Part shown: in pieces, positions 48,873 to 63,800 of the stretch
Layout: every line of letters begins with the position of its first letter
Position numbering within the stretch: position 1 is the first letter of the stretch
DNA from: Octopus sinensis
Taxonomy: Eukaryota
DNA length: 64,000 nucleotides
Assembly: GCF_006345805.1 (NCBI RefSeq)
Contig: NC_043018.1
Coordinates: forward strand, 11,656,001-11,720,000
Direction: 5' to 3'
Made by a program: the position numbers and the translations under genes
Notes under the pieces: generated by a model
What the model saw: the letters and a program-made list of their open reading frames with translations, nothing else
What the model was told of the DNA's origin: nothing
The model's database searches: none

Positions 48873-51800
48873 GCAATGACAAGTGACCGAGACCTTTGGC
48901 GATATGCTACGCTTGAGAAGACCCATCAAGCCAAGTGAAATTGTAGTCATGGTCAATGCTGGTGTCATGTGCCAGTGGCACGTAAAAAGCACCTTTTGAA
49001 CACTGAGCCTCATGGAGGCAATGACAAGTGACCAAGACCTTTGGCGATATGCCACGCTTGAGAAGACCCATCAAGCCAAGTGAAATTGTAGTCATGGTCA
49101 ATGCTGGTGTCATGTGCCAGTGGCACGTAAAAAGCACCTTTTGAACACTGGGCCTCATGGAGGCAATGACAAGTGACCAAGACCTTTGGCGATATGCCAC
49201 GCTTGAGAAGACCCATCAAGCCAAGTGAAATTGTAGTCATGGTCAATGCTGGTGTCATGTGCCAGTGGCACGTAAAAAGCACCTTTTGAACACTGGGCCT
49301 CATGGAGGCAATGACAAGTGACCAAGACCTTTGGCGATATGCCACGCTTGAGAAGACCCATCAAGCCAAGTGAAATTGTAGTCATGGTCAATGCTGGTGT
49401 CATGTGCCAGTGGCACGTAAAAAGCACCTTTTGAACACTGGGCCTCATGGAGGCAATGACAAGTGACCAAGACCTTTGGCGATATGCCACGCTTGAGAAG
49501 ACCCATCAAGCCAAGTGAAATTGTAGTCATGGTCAATGCTGGTGTCATGTGCCAGTGGCACGTAAAAAGCACCTTTTGAACACTGGCCTCATGGAGGCAA
49601 TGACAAGTGACCAAGACCTTTGGCGATATGCCACGCTTGAGAAGACCCATCAAGCCAAGTGAAATTGTAGTCATGGTCAATGCTGGTGTCATGTGCCAGT
49701 GGCACGTAAAAAGCACCTTTTGAACACTGGGCCTCATGGAGGCAATGACAAGTGACCAAGACCTTTGGCGATATGCCACGCTTGAGAAGACCCATCAAGC
49801 CAAGTGAAATTGTAGTCATGGTCAATGCTGGTGTCATGTGCCAGTGGCACGTAAAAAGCACCTTTTGAACACTGGGCCTCATGGAGGCAATGACAAGTGA
49901 CCAAGACCTTTGGCGATATGCCACGCTTGAGAAGACCCATCAAGCCAAGTGAAATTGTAGTCATGGTCAATGCTGGTGTCATGTGCCAGTGGCACGTAAA
50001 AAGCACCTTTTGAACACTGGGCCTCATGGAGGCAATGACAAGTGACCAAGACCTTTGGCGATATGCCACGCTTGAGAAGACCCATCAAGCCAAGTGAAAT
50101 TGTAGTCATGGTCAATGCTGGTGTCATGTGCCAGTGGCACGTAAAAAGCACCTTTTGAACACTGGGCCTCATGGAGGCAATGACAAGTGACCAGACCTTG
50201 GCGATATGCCACGCTTGAGAAGACCCATCAAGCCAAGTGAAATTGTAGTCATGGTCAATGCTGGTGTCATGTGCCAGTGGCACGTAAAAAGCACCTTTTG
50301 AACACTGGGCCTCATGGAGGCAATGACAAGTGACCAAGACCTTTGGCGATATGCCACGCTTGAGAAGACCCATCAAGCCAAGTGAAATTGTAGTCATGGT
50401 CAATGCTGGTGTCATGTGCCAGTGGCACGTAAAAAGCACCTTTTGAACACTGGGCCTCATGGAGGCAATGACAAGTGACCAAGACCTTTGGCGATATGCC
50501 ACGCTTGAGAAGACCCATCAAGCCAAGTGAAATTGTAGTCATGGTCAATGCTGGTGTCATGTGCCAGTGGCACGTAAAAAGCACCTTTTGAACACTGGGC
50601 CTCATGGAGGCAATGACAAGTGACCAAGACCTTTGGCGATATGCCACGCTTGAGAAGACCCATCAAGCCAAGTGAAATTGTAGTCATGGTCAATGCTGGT
50701 GTCATGTGCCAGTGGCACGTAAAAAGCACCTTTCGAACACTGGGCCTCATGGAGGCAATGACAAGTGACCAAGACCTTTGGCGATATGCCACGCTTGAGA
50801 AGACCCATCAAGCCAAGTGAAATTGTAGTCATGGTCAATGCTGGTGTCATGTGCCAGTGGCACGTAAAAAGCACCTTTTGAACACTGGGCCTCATGGAGG
50901 CAATGACAAGTGACCAAGACCTTTGGCGATATGCCACGCTTGAGAAGACCCATCAAGCCAAGTGAAATTGTAGTCATGGTCAATGCTGGTGTCATGTGCC
51001 AGTGGCACGTAAAAAGCACCTTTCGAACACTGGGCCTCATGGAGGCAATGACAAGTGACCAAGACCTTTGGCGATATGCCACGCTTGAGAAGACCCATCA
51101 AGCCAAGTGAAATTGTAGTCATGGTCAATGCTGGTGTCATGTGCCAGTGGCACGTAAAAAGCACCTTTCGAACACTGGGCCTCATGGAGGCAATGACAAG
51201 TGACCAAGACCTTTGGCGATATGCCACGCTTGAGAAGACCCATCAAGCCAAGTGAAATTGTAGTCATGGTCAATGCTGGTGTCATGTGCCAGTGGCACGT
51301 AAAAAGCACCTTTTGAACACTGGGCCTCATGGAGGCAATGACAAGTGACCAAGACCTTTGGCGATATGCCACGCTTGAGAAGACCCATCAAGCCAAGTGA
51401 AATTGTAGTCATGGTCAATGCTGGTGTCATGTGCCAGTGGCACGTAAAAAGCACCTTTTGAACACTGGCCTCATGGAGGCAATGACAAGTGACCAAGACG
51501 TTTGGCGATATGCCACGCTTGAGAAGACCCATCAAGCCAAGTGAAATTGTAGTCATGGTCAATGCTGGTGTCATGTGCCAGTGGCACGTAAAAAGCACCT
51601 TTTGAACACTGAGCCTCATGGAGGCAATGACAAGTGACCAAGACCTTTGGCGATATGCCACGCTTGAGAAGACCCATCAAGCCAAGTGAAATTGTAGTCA
51701 TGGTCAATGCTGGTGTCATGTGCCAGTGGCACGTAAAAAGCACCTTTTGAACACTGGGCCTCATGGAGGCAATGACAAGTGACCAAGACGTTTGGCGATA

Positions 51801-54800
51801 TGCCACGCTTGAGAAGACCCATCAAGCCAAGTGAATTGTAGTCATGGTCAATGCTGGTGTCATGTGCCAGTGGCACGTAAAAAGCACCTTTTGAACACTG
51901 AGCCTCATGGAGGCAATGACAAGTGACCAAGACCTTTGGCGATATGCCACGCTTGAGAAGACCCATCAAGCCAAGTGAAATTGTAGTCATGGTCAATGCT
52001 GGTGTCATGTGCCAGTGGCACGTAAAAAGCACCTTTTGAACACTGAGCCTCATGGAGGCAATGACAAGTGACAAGACCTTTGGCGATATGCCACGCTTGA
52101 GAAGACCCATCAAGCCAAGTGAAATTGTAGTCATGGTCAATGCTGGTGTCATGTGCCAGTGGCACGTAAAAGCACCTTTTGAACACTGGGCCTCATGGAG
52201 GCAATGACAAGTGACCAAGACGTTTGGCGATATGCCACGCTTGAGAAGACCCATCAAGCCAAGTGAAATTGTAGTCATGGTCAATGCTGGTGTCATGTGC
52301 CAGTGGCACGTAAAAAGCACCTTTTGAACACTGGGCCTCATGGAGGCAATGACAAGTGACCAAGACCTTTGGCGATATGCCACGCTTGAGAAGACCCATC
52401 AAGCCAAGTGAAATTGTAGTCATGGTCAATGCTGGTGTCATGTGCCAGTGGCACGTAAAACACCTTTTGAACACTGGGCCTCATGGAGGCAATGACAAGT
52501 GACCAAGACGTTTGGCGATATGCCACGCTTGAGAAGACCCATCAAGCCAAGTGAAATTGTAGTCATGGTCAATGCTGGTGTCATGTGCCAGTGGCACGTA
52601 AAAGCACCTTTTGAACACTGAGCCTCATGGAGGCAATGACAAGTGACCAAGACCTTTGGCGATATGCCACGCTTGAGAACCCATCAAGCCAAGTGAAATT
52701 GTAGTCATGGTCAATGCTGGTGTCATGTGCCAGTGGCACGTAAAAAGCACCTTTTGAACACTGGGCCTCATGGAGGCAATGACAAGTGACCAAGACCTTT
52801 GGCGATATGCCACGCTTGAGAAGACCCATCAAGCCAAGTGAAATTGTAGTCATGGTCAATGCTGGTGTCATGTGCCAGTGGCACGTAAAAAGCACCTTTT
52901 GAACACTGGGCCTCATGGAGGCAATGACAAGTGACCAAGACGTTTGGCGATATGCCACGCTTGAGAAGACCCATCAAGCCAAGTGAAATTGTAGTCATGG
53001 TCAATGCTGGTGTCATGTGCCAGTGGCACGTAAAAAGCACCTTTTGAACACTGAGCCTCATGGAGGCAATGACAAGTGACCAGACCTTTGGCGATATGCC
53101 ACGCTTGAGAAGACCCATCAAGCCAAGTGAAATTGTAGTCATGGTCAATGCTGGTGTCATGTGCCAGTGGCACGTAAAAAGCACCTTTTGAACACTGGGC
53201 CTCATGGAGGCAATGACAAGTGACCAAGACCTTTGGCGATATGCCACGCTTGAGAAGACCCATCAAGCCAAGTGAAATTGTAGTCATGGTCAATGCTGGT
53301 GTCATGTGCCAGTGGCACGTAAAAAGCACCTTTTGAACACTGGGCCTCATGGAGGCAATGACAAGTGACCAAGACCTTTGGCGATATGCCACGCTTGAGA
53401 AGACCCATCAAGCCAAGTGAAATTGTAGTCATGGTCAATGCTGGTGTCATGTGCCAGTGGCACGTAAAAAGCACCTTTTGAACACTGGGCCTCATGGAGG
53501 CAATGACAAGTGACCAAGACCTTTGGCGATATGCCACGCTTGAGAAGACCCATCAAGCCAAGTGAAATTGTAGTCATGGTCAATGCTGGTGTCATGTGCC
53601 AGTGGCACGTAAAAAGCACCTTTTGAACACTGGGCCTCATGGAGGCAATGACAAGTGACCAAGACCTTTGGCGATATGCCACGCTTGAGAAGACCCATCA
53701 AGCCAAGTGAAATTGTAGTCATGGTCAATGCTGGTGTCATGTGCCAGTGGCACGTAAAAAGCACCTTTTGAACACTGAGCCTCATGGAGGCAATGACAAG
53801 TGACCAAGACCTTTGGCGATATGCCACGCTTGAGAAGACCCATCAAGCCAAGTGAAATTGTAGTCATGGTCAATGCTGGTGTCATGTGCCAGTGGCACGT
53901 AAAAAGCACCTTTTGAACACTGGGCCTCATGGAGGCAATGACAAGTGACCAAGACCTTTGGCGATATGCCACGCTTGAGAAGACCCATCAAGCCAAGTGA
54001 AATTGTAGTCATGGTCAATGCTGGTGTCATGTGCCAGTGGCACGTAAAAGCACCTTTTGAACACTGAGCCTCATGGAGGCAATGACAAGTGACCAAGACC
54101 TTTGGCGATATGCCACGCTTGAGAAGACCCATCAAGCCAAGTGAAATTGTAGTCATGGTCAATGCTGGTGTCATGTGCCAGTGGCACGTAAAAAGCACCT
54201 TTTGAACACTGAGCCTCATGGAGGCAATGACAAGTGACCAAGACCTTTGGCGATATGCCACGCTTGAGAAGACCCATCAAGCCAAGTGAAATTGTAGTCA
54301 TGGTCAATGCTGGTGTCATGTGCCAGTGGCACGTAAAAAGCACCTTTTGAACACTGAGCCTCATGGAGGCAATGACAAGTGACCAAGACCTTTGGCGATA
54401 TGCCACGCTTGAGAAGACCCATCAAGCCAAGTGAAATTGTAGTCATGGTCAATGCTGGTGTCATGTGCCAGTGGCACGTAAAAAGCACCTTTTGAACACT
54501 GGGCCTCATGGAGGCAATGACAAGTGACCAAGACCTTTGGCGATATGCCACGCTTGAGAAGACCCATCAAGCCAAGTGAAATTGTAGTCATGGTCAATGC
54601 TGGTGTCATGTGCCAGTGGCACGTAAAAAGCACCTTTTGAACACTGGGCCTCATGGAGGCAATGACAAGTGACCAAGACCTTTGGCGATATGCCACGCTT
54701 GAGAAGACCCATCAAGCCAAGTGAAATTGTAGTCATGGTCAATGCTGGTGTCATGTGCCAGTGGCACGTAAAAAGCACCTTTTGAACACTGGGCCTCATG

Positions 54801-57800
54801 GAGGCAATGACAAGTGACCAAGACCTTTGGCGATATGCCACGCTTGAGAACCCATCAAGCCAAGTGAAATTGTAGTCATGGTCAATGCTGGTGTCATGTG
54901 CCAGTGGCACGTAAAAAGCACCTTTTGAACACTGGGCCTCATGGAGGCAATGACAAGTGACCAAGACCTTTGGCGATATGCCACGCTTGAGAAGACCCAT
55001 CAAGCCAAGTGAAATTGTAGTCATGGTCAATGCTGGTTCATGTGCCAGTGGCACGTAAAAAGCACCTTTTGAACACTGAGCCTCATGGAGGCAATGACAA
55101 GTGACCAAGACCTTTGGCGATATGCCACGCTTGAGAAGACCCATCAAGCCAAGTGAAATTGTAGTCATGGTCAATGCTGGTGTCATGTGCCAGTGGCACG
55201 TAAAAAGCACCTTTTGAACACTGGGCCTCATGGAGGCAATGACAAGTGACCAAGACCTTTGGCGATATGCCACGCTTGAGAAGACCCATCAAGCCAAGTG
55301 AAATTGTAGTCATGGTCAATGCTGGTGTCATGTGCCAGTGGCACGTAAAAAGCACCTTTTGAACACTGGGCCTCATGGAGGCAATGACAAGTGACCAAGA
55401 CCTTTGGCGATATGCCACGCTTGAGAAGACCCATCAAGCCAAGTGAAATTGTAGTCATGGTCAATGCTGGTGTCATGTGCCAGTGGCACGTAAAAAGCAC
55501 CTTTTGAACACTGGGCCTCATGGAGGCAATGACAAGTGACCAAGACCTTTGGCGATATGCCACGCTTGAGAAGACCCATCAAGCCAAGTGAAATTGTAGT
55601 CATGGTCAATGCTGGTGTCATGTGCCAGTGGCACGTAAAAAGCACCTTTTGAACACTGGGCCTCATGGAGGCAATGACAAGTGACCAAGACCTTTGGCGA
55701 TATGCCACGCTTGAGAAGACCCATCAAGCCAAGTGAAATTGTAGTCATGGTCAATGCTGGTGTCATGTGCCAGTGGCACGTAAAAAGCACCTTTTGAACA
55801 CTGGGCCTCATGGAGGCAATGACAAGTGACCAAGACCTTTGGCGATATGCCACGCTTGAGAAGACCCATCAAGCCAAGTGAAATTGTAGTCATGGTCAAT
55901 GCTGGTGTCATGTGCCAGTGGCACGTAAAAAGCACCTTTTGAACACTGGGCCTCATGGAGGCAATGACAAGTGACCAAGACCTTTGGCGATATGCCACGC
56001 TTGAGAAGACCCATCAAGCCAAGTGAAATTGTAGTCATGGTCAATGCTGGTGTCATGTGCCAGTGGCACGTAAAAAACCTTTTGAACACTGGGCCTCATG
56101 GAGGCAATGACAAGTGACCAAGACCTTTGGCGATATGCCACGCTTGAGAAGACCCATCAAGCCAAGTGAAATTGTAGTCATGGTCAATGCTGGTGTCATG
56201 TGCCAGTGGCACGTAAAAAGCACCTTTTGAACACTGGGCCTCATGGAGGCAATGACAAGTGACCAAGACCTTTGGCGATATGCCACGCTTGAGAAGACCC
56301 ATCAAGCCAAGTGAAATTGTAGTCATGGTCAATGCTGGTGTCATGTGCCAGTGGCACGTAAAAAGCACCTTTTGAACACTGGGCCTCATGGAGGCAATGA
56401 CAAGTGACCAAGACCTTTGGCGATATGCCACGCTTGAGAAGACCCATCAAGCCAAGTGAAATTGTAGTCATGGTCAATGCTGGTGTCATGTGCCAGTGGC
56501 ACGTAAAAAGCACCTTTTGAACACTGGGCCTCATGGAGGCAATGACAAGTGACCGAGACCTTTGGCGATATGCCACGCTTGAGAAGACCCATCAAGCCAA
56601 GTGAAATTGTAGTCATGGTCAATGCTGGTGTCATGTGCCAGTGGCACGTAAAAAGCACCTTTTGAACACTGAGCCTCATGGAGGCAATGACAAGTGACCA
56701 AGACCTTTGGCGATATGCCACGCTTGAGAAGACCCATCAAGCCAAGTGAAATTGTAGTCATGGTCAATGCTGGTGTCATGTGCCAGTGGCACGTAAAAAG
56801 CACCTTTTGAACACTGGGCCTCATGGAGGCAATGACAAGTGACCAAGACCTTTGGCGATATGCCACGCTTGAGAAGACCCATCAAGCCAAGTGAAATTGT
56901 AGTCATGGTCAATGCTGGTGTCATGTGCCAGTGGCACGTAAAAAGCACCTTTTGAACACTGGGCCTCATGGAGGCAATGACAAGTGACCAAGACCTTTGG
57001 CGATATGCCACGCTTGAGAAGACCCATCAAGCCAAGTGAAATTGTAGTCATGGTCAATGCTGGTGTCATGTGCCAGTGGCACGTAAAAAGCACCTTTTGA
57101 ACACTGGGCCTCATGGAGGCAATGACAAGTGACCAAGACCTTTGGCGATATGCCACGCTTGAGAAGACCCATCAAGCCAAGTGAAATTGTAGTCATGGTC
57201 AATGCTGGTGTCATGTGCCAGTGGCACGTAAAAAGCACCTTTTGAACACTGGGCCTCATGGAGGCAATGACAAGTGACCAAGACCTTTGGCGATATGCCA
57301 CGCTTGAGAAGACCCATCAAGCCAAGTGAAATTGTAGTCATGGTCAATGCTGGTGTCATGTGCCAGTGGCACGTAAAAAGCACCTTTTGAACACTGGGCC
57401 TCATGGAGGCAATGACAAGTGACCAAGACCTTTGGCGATATGCCACGCTTGAGAAGACCCATCAAGCCAAGTGAAATTGTAGTCATGGTCAATGCTGGTG
57501 TCATGTGCCAGTGGCACGTAAAAAGCACCTTTTGAACACTGGCCTCATGGAGGCAATGACAAGTGACCAAGACCTTTGGCGATATGCCACGCTTGAGAAG
57601 ACCCATCAAGCCAAGTGAAATTGTAGTCATGGTCAATGCTGGTGTCATGTGCCAGTGGCACGTAAAAAGCACCTTTTGAACACTGGGCCTCATGGAGGCA
57701 ATGACAAGTGACCAAGACCTTTGGCGATATGCCACGCTTGAGAAGACCCATCAAGCCAAGTGAAATTGTAGTCATGGTCAATGCTGGTGTCATGTGCCAG

Positions 57801-60800
57801 TGGCACGTAAAAAGCACCTTTTGAACACTGGGCCTCATGGAGGCAATGACAAGTGACCAAGACCTTTGGCGATATGCCACGCTTGAGAAGACCCATCAAG
57901 CCAAGTGAAATTGTAGTCATGGTCAATGCTGGTGTCATGTGCCAGTGGCACGTAAAAAGCACCTTTTGAACACTGGGCCTCATGGAGGCAATGACAAATG
58001 ACCAAGACCTTTGGCGATATGCCACGCTTGAGAAGACCCATCAAGCCAAGTGAAATTGTAGTCATGGTCAATGCTGGTGTCATGTGCCAGTGGCACGTAA
58101 AAAGCACCTTTTGAACACTGGGCCTCATGGAGGCAATGACAAATGACCAAGACCTTTGGCGATATGCCACGCTTGAGAAGACCCATCAAGCCAAGTGAAA
58201 TTGTAGTCATGGTCAATGCTGGTGTCATGTGCCAGTGGCACGTAAAAAGCACCTTTTGAACACTGGGCCTCATGGAGGCAATGACAAGTGACCGAGACCT
58301 TTGGCGATATGCCACGCTTGAGAAGACCCATCAAGCCAAGTGAAATTGTAGTCATGGTCAATGCTGGTGTCATGTGCCAGTGACACGTAAAAAGCACCTT
58401 TTGAACACTGGGCCTCATGGAGGCAATGACAAGTGACCAAGACCTTTGGCGATATGCCACGCTTGAGAAGACCCATCAAGCCAAGTGAAATTGTAGTCAT
58501 GGTCAATGCTGGTGTCATGTGCCAGTGACACGTAAAAAGCACCTTTTGAACACTGGGCCTCATGGAGGCAATGACAAGTGACCAAGACCTTTGGCGATAT
58601 GCCACGCTTGAGAAGACCCATCAAGCCAAGTGAAATTGTAGTCATGGTCAATGCTGGTGTCATGTGCCAGTGACACGTAAAAAGCACCTTTTGAACACTG
58701 GGCCTCATGGAGGCAATGACAAGTGACCAAGACCTTTGGCGATATGCCACGCTTGAGAAGACCCATCAAGCCAAGAGAAATTGTAGTCATGGTCAATGCT
58801 GGTGTCATGTGCCAGTGGCACGTAAAAAGCACCTTTTGAACACTGGGCCTCATGGAGGCAATGACAAGTGACCAAGACCTTTGGCGATATGCCACGCTTG
58901 AGAAGACCCATCAAGCCAAGTGAAATTGTAGTCATGGTCAATGCTGGTGTCATGTGCCAGTGGCACGTAAAAAGCACCTTTTGAACACTGGGCCTCATGG
59001 AGGCAATGACAAGTGACCAAGACGTTTGGCGATATGCTACGCTTGAGAAGACCCATCAAGCCAAGTGAAATTGTAGTCATGGTCAATGCTGGTGTCATGT
59101 GCCAGTGGCACGTAAAAAGCACCTTTTGAACACTGGGCCTCATGGAGGCAATGACAAGTGACCAAGACCTTTGGCGATATGCCACGCTTGAGAAGACCCA
59201 TCAAGCCAAGTGAAATTGTAGTCATGGTCAATGCTGGTGTCATGTGCCAGTGGCACGTAAAAAGCACCTTTTGAACACTGGGCCTCATGGAGGCAATGAC
59301 AAGTGACCAAGACCTTTGGCGATATGCCACGCTTGAGAAGACCCATCAAGCCAAGTGAAATTGTAGTCATGGTCAATGCTGGTGTCATGTGCCAGTGGCA
59401 CGTAAAAAGCACCTTTTGAACACTGGGCCTCATGGAGGCAATGACAAGTGACCAAGACGTTTGGCGATATGCTACGCTTGAGAAGACCCATCAAGCCAAG
59501 TGAAATTGTAGTCATGGTCAATGCTGGTGTCATGTGCCAGTGGCACGTAAAAAGCACCTTTTGAACACTGGGCCTCATGGAGGCAATGACAAGTGACCAA
59601 GACCTTTGGCGATATGCTACGCTTGAGAAGACCCATCAAGCCAAGTGAAATTGTAGTCATGGTCAATGCTGGTGTCATGTGCCAGTGGCACGTAAAAAGC
59701 ACCTTTTGAACACTGGGCCTCATGGAGGCAATGACAAGTGACCAAGACCTTTGGCGATATGCCACGCTTGAGAAGACCCATCAAGCCAAGTGAAATTGTA
59801 GTCATGGTCAATGCTGGTGTCATGTGCCAGTGGCACGTAAAAAGCACCTTTTGAACACTGGGCCTCATGGAGGCAATGACAAGTGACCAAGACCTTTGGC
59901 GATATGCCACGCTTGAGAAGACCCATCAAGCCAAGTGAAATTGTAGTCATGGTCAATGCTGGTGTCATGTGCCAGTGGCACGTAAAAAGCACCTTTTGAA
60001 CACTGGGCCTCATGGAGGCAATGACAAGTGACCAAGACCTTTGGCGATATGCCACGCTTGAGAAGACCCATCAAGCCAAGTGAAATTGTAGTCATGGTCA
60101 ATGCTGGTGTCATGTGCCAGTGGCACGTAAAAAGCACCTTTTGAACACTGGGCCTCATGGAGGCAATGACAAGTGACCAAGACCTTTGGCGATATGCCAC
60201 GCTTGAGAAGACCCATCAAGCCAAGTGAAATTGTAGTCATGGTCAATGCTGGTGTCATGTGCCAGTGGCACGTAAAAAGCACCTTTTGAACACTGGGCCT
60301 CATGGAGGCAATGACAAGTGACCAAGACCTTTGGCGATATGCCACGCTTGAGAAGACCCATCAAGCCAAGTGAAATTGTAGTCATGGTCAATGCTGGTGT
60401 CATGTGCCAGTGGCACGTAAAAAGCACCTTTTGAACACTGGGCCTCATGGAGGCAATGACAAGTGACCAAGACCTTTGGCGATATGCCACGCTTGAGAAG
60501 ACCCATCAAGCCAAGTGAAATTGTAGTCATGGTCAATGCTGGTGTCATGTGCCAGTGGCACGTAAAAAGCACCTTTTGAACACTGCCTCATGGAGGCAAT
60601 GACAAGTGACCAAGACCTTTGGCGATATGCCACGCTTGAGAAGACCCATCAAGCCAAGTGAAATTGTAGTCATGGTCAATGCTGGTGTCATGTGCCAGTG
60701 GCACGTAAAAAGCACCTTTTGAACACTGGGCCTCATGGAGGCAATGACAAGTGACCAAGACCTTTGGCGATATGCCACGCTTGAGAAGACCCATCAAGCC

Positions 60801-63800
60801 AAGTGAAATTGTAGTCATGGTCAATGCTGGTGTCATGTGCCAGTGGCACGTAAAAAGCACCTTTTGAACACTGGGCCTCATGGAGGCAATGACAAGTGAC
60901 CAAGACCTTTGGCGATATGCCACGCTTGAGAAGACCCATCAAGCCAAGTGAAATTGTAGTCATGGTCAATGCTGGTGTCATGTGCCAGTGGCACGTAAAA
61001 AGCACCTTTTGAACACTGGGCCTCATGGAGGCAATGACAAGTGACCAAGACCTTTGGCGATATGCCACGCTTGAGAAGACCCATCAAGCCAAGTGAAATT
61101 GTAGTCATGGTCAATGCTGGTGTCATGTGCCAGTGGCACGTAAAAAGCACCTTTTGAACACTGGGCCTCATGGAGGCAATGACAAGTGACCAAGACCTTT
61201 GGCGATATGCCACGCTTGAGAAGACCCATCAAGCCAAGTGAAATTGTAGTCATGGTCAATGCTGGTGTCATGTGCCAGTGGCACGTAAAAAGCACCTTTT
61301 GAACACTGGGCCTCATGGAGGCAATGACAAGTGACCAAGACCTTTGGCGATATGCCACGCTTGAGAAGACCCATCAAGCCAAGTGAAATTGTAGTCATGG
61401 TCAATGCTGGTGTCATGTGCCAGTGGCACGTAAAAAGCACCTTTTGAACACTGGGCCTCATGGAGGCAATGACAAGTGACCAAGACCTTTGGCGATATGC
61501 CACGCTTGAGAAGACCCATCAAGCCAAGTGAAATTGTAGTCATGGTCAATGCTGGTGTCATGTGCCAGTGGCACGTAAAAAGCACCTTTCGAACACTGGG
61601 CCTCATGGAGGCAATGACAAGTGACCAAGACCTTTGGCGATATGCCACGCTTGAGAAGACCCATCAAGCCAAGTGAAATTGTAGTCATGGTCAATGCTGG
61701 TGTCATGTGCCAGTGGCACGTAAAAGCACCTTTTGAACACTGGGCCTCATGGAGGCAATGACAAGTGACCAAGACCTTTGGCGATATGCCACGCTTGAGA
61801 AGACCCATCAAGCCAAGTGAAATTGTAGTCATGGTCAATGCTGGTGTCATGTGCCAGTGGCACGTAAAAAGCACCTTTTGAACACTGGGCCTCATGGAGG
61901 CAATGACAAGTGACCAAGACCTTTGGCGATATGCCACGCTTGAGAAGACCCATCAAGCCAAGTGAAATTGTAGTCATGGTCAATGCTGGTGTCATGTGCC
62001 AGTGGCACGTAAAAACACCTTTTGAACACTGGGCCTCATGGAGGCAATGACAAGTGACCAAGACCTTGGCGATATGCCACGCTTGAGAAGACCATCAAGC
62101 CAAGTGAAATTGTAGTCATGGTCAATGCTGGTGTCATGTGCCAGTGGCACGTAAAAAGCACCTTTTGAACACTGGGCCTCATGGAGGCAATGACAAGTGA
62201 CCAAGACCTTTGGCGATATGCCACGCTTGAGAAGACCCATCAAGCCAAGTGAAATTGTAGTCATGGTCAATGCTGGTGTCATGTGCCAGTGGCACGTAAA
62301 AAGCACCTTTTGAACACTGGGCCTCATGGAGGCAATGACAAGTGACCAAGACCTTTGGCGATATGCCACGCTTGAGAAGACCCATCAAGCCAAGTGAAAT
62401 TGTAGTCATGGTCAATGCTGGTGTCATGTGCCAGTGGCACGTAAAAAGCACCTTTTGAACACTGAGCCTCATGGAGGCAATGACAAGTGACCAAGACCTT
62501 TGGCGATATGCCACGCTTGAGAAGACCCATCAAGCCAAGTGAAATTGTAGTCATGGTCAATGCTGGTGTCATGTGCCAGTGGCACGTAAAAAGCACCTTT
62601 TGAACACTGAGCCTCATGGAGGCAATGACAAGTGACCAAGACCTTTGGCGATATGCCACGCTTGAGAAGACCCATCAAGCCAAGTGAAATTGTAGTCATG
62701 GTCAATGCTGGTGTCATGTGCCAGTGGCACGTAAAAAGCACCTTTTGAACACTGGGCCTCATGGAGGCAATGACAAGTGACCAAGACCTTTGGCGATATG
62801 CCACGCTTGAGAAGACCCATCAAGCCAAGTGAAATTGTAGTCATGGTCAATGCTGGTGTCATGTGCCAGTGGCACGTAAAAAGCACCTTTTGAACACTGG
62901 GCCTCATGGAGGCAATGACAAGTGACCAAGACCTTTGGCGATATGCCACGCTTGAGAAGACCCATCAAGCCAAGTGAAATTGTAGTCATGGTCAATGCTG
63001 GTGTCATGTGCCAGTGGCACGTAAAAAGCACCTTTTGAACACTGGGCCTCATGGAGGCAATGACAAGTGACCAAGACCTTTGGCGATATGCCACGCTTGA
63101 GAAGACCCATCAAGCCAAGTGAAATTGTAGTCATGGTCAATGCTGGTGTCATGTGCCAGTGGCACGTAAAAAGCACCTTTTGAACACTGGCCTCATGGAG
63201 GCAATGACAAGTGACCAAGACCTTTGGCGATATGCCACGCTTGAGAAGACCCATCAAGCCAAGTGAAATTGTAGTCATGGTCAATGCTGGTGTCATGTGC
63301 CAGTGGCACGTAAAAAGCACCTTTTGAACACTGGGCCTCATGGAGGCAATGACAAGTGACCAAGACCTTTGGCGATATGCCACGCTTGAGAAGACCCATC
63401 AAGCCAAGTGAAATTGTAGTCATGGTCAATGCTGGTGTCATGTGCCAGTGGCACGTAAAAAGCACCTTTTGAACACTGGGCCTCATGGAGCAATGACAAG
63501 TGACCAAGACCTTTGGCGATATGCCACGCTTGAGAAGACCCATCAAGCCAAGTGAAATTGTAGTCATGGTCAATGCTGTGTCATGTGCCAGTGGCACGTA
63601 AAAAGCACCTTTTGAACACTGGGCCTCATGGAGGCAATGACAATGACCAAGACCTTTGGCGATATGCCACGCTTGAGAAGACCCATCAAGCCAAGTGAAA
63701 TTGTAGTCATGGTCAATGCTGGTGTCATGTGCCAGTGGCACGTAAAAAGCACCTTTTGAACACTGGGCCTCATGGAGGCAATGACAAGTGACCAAGACCT

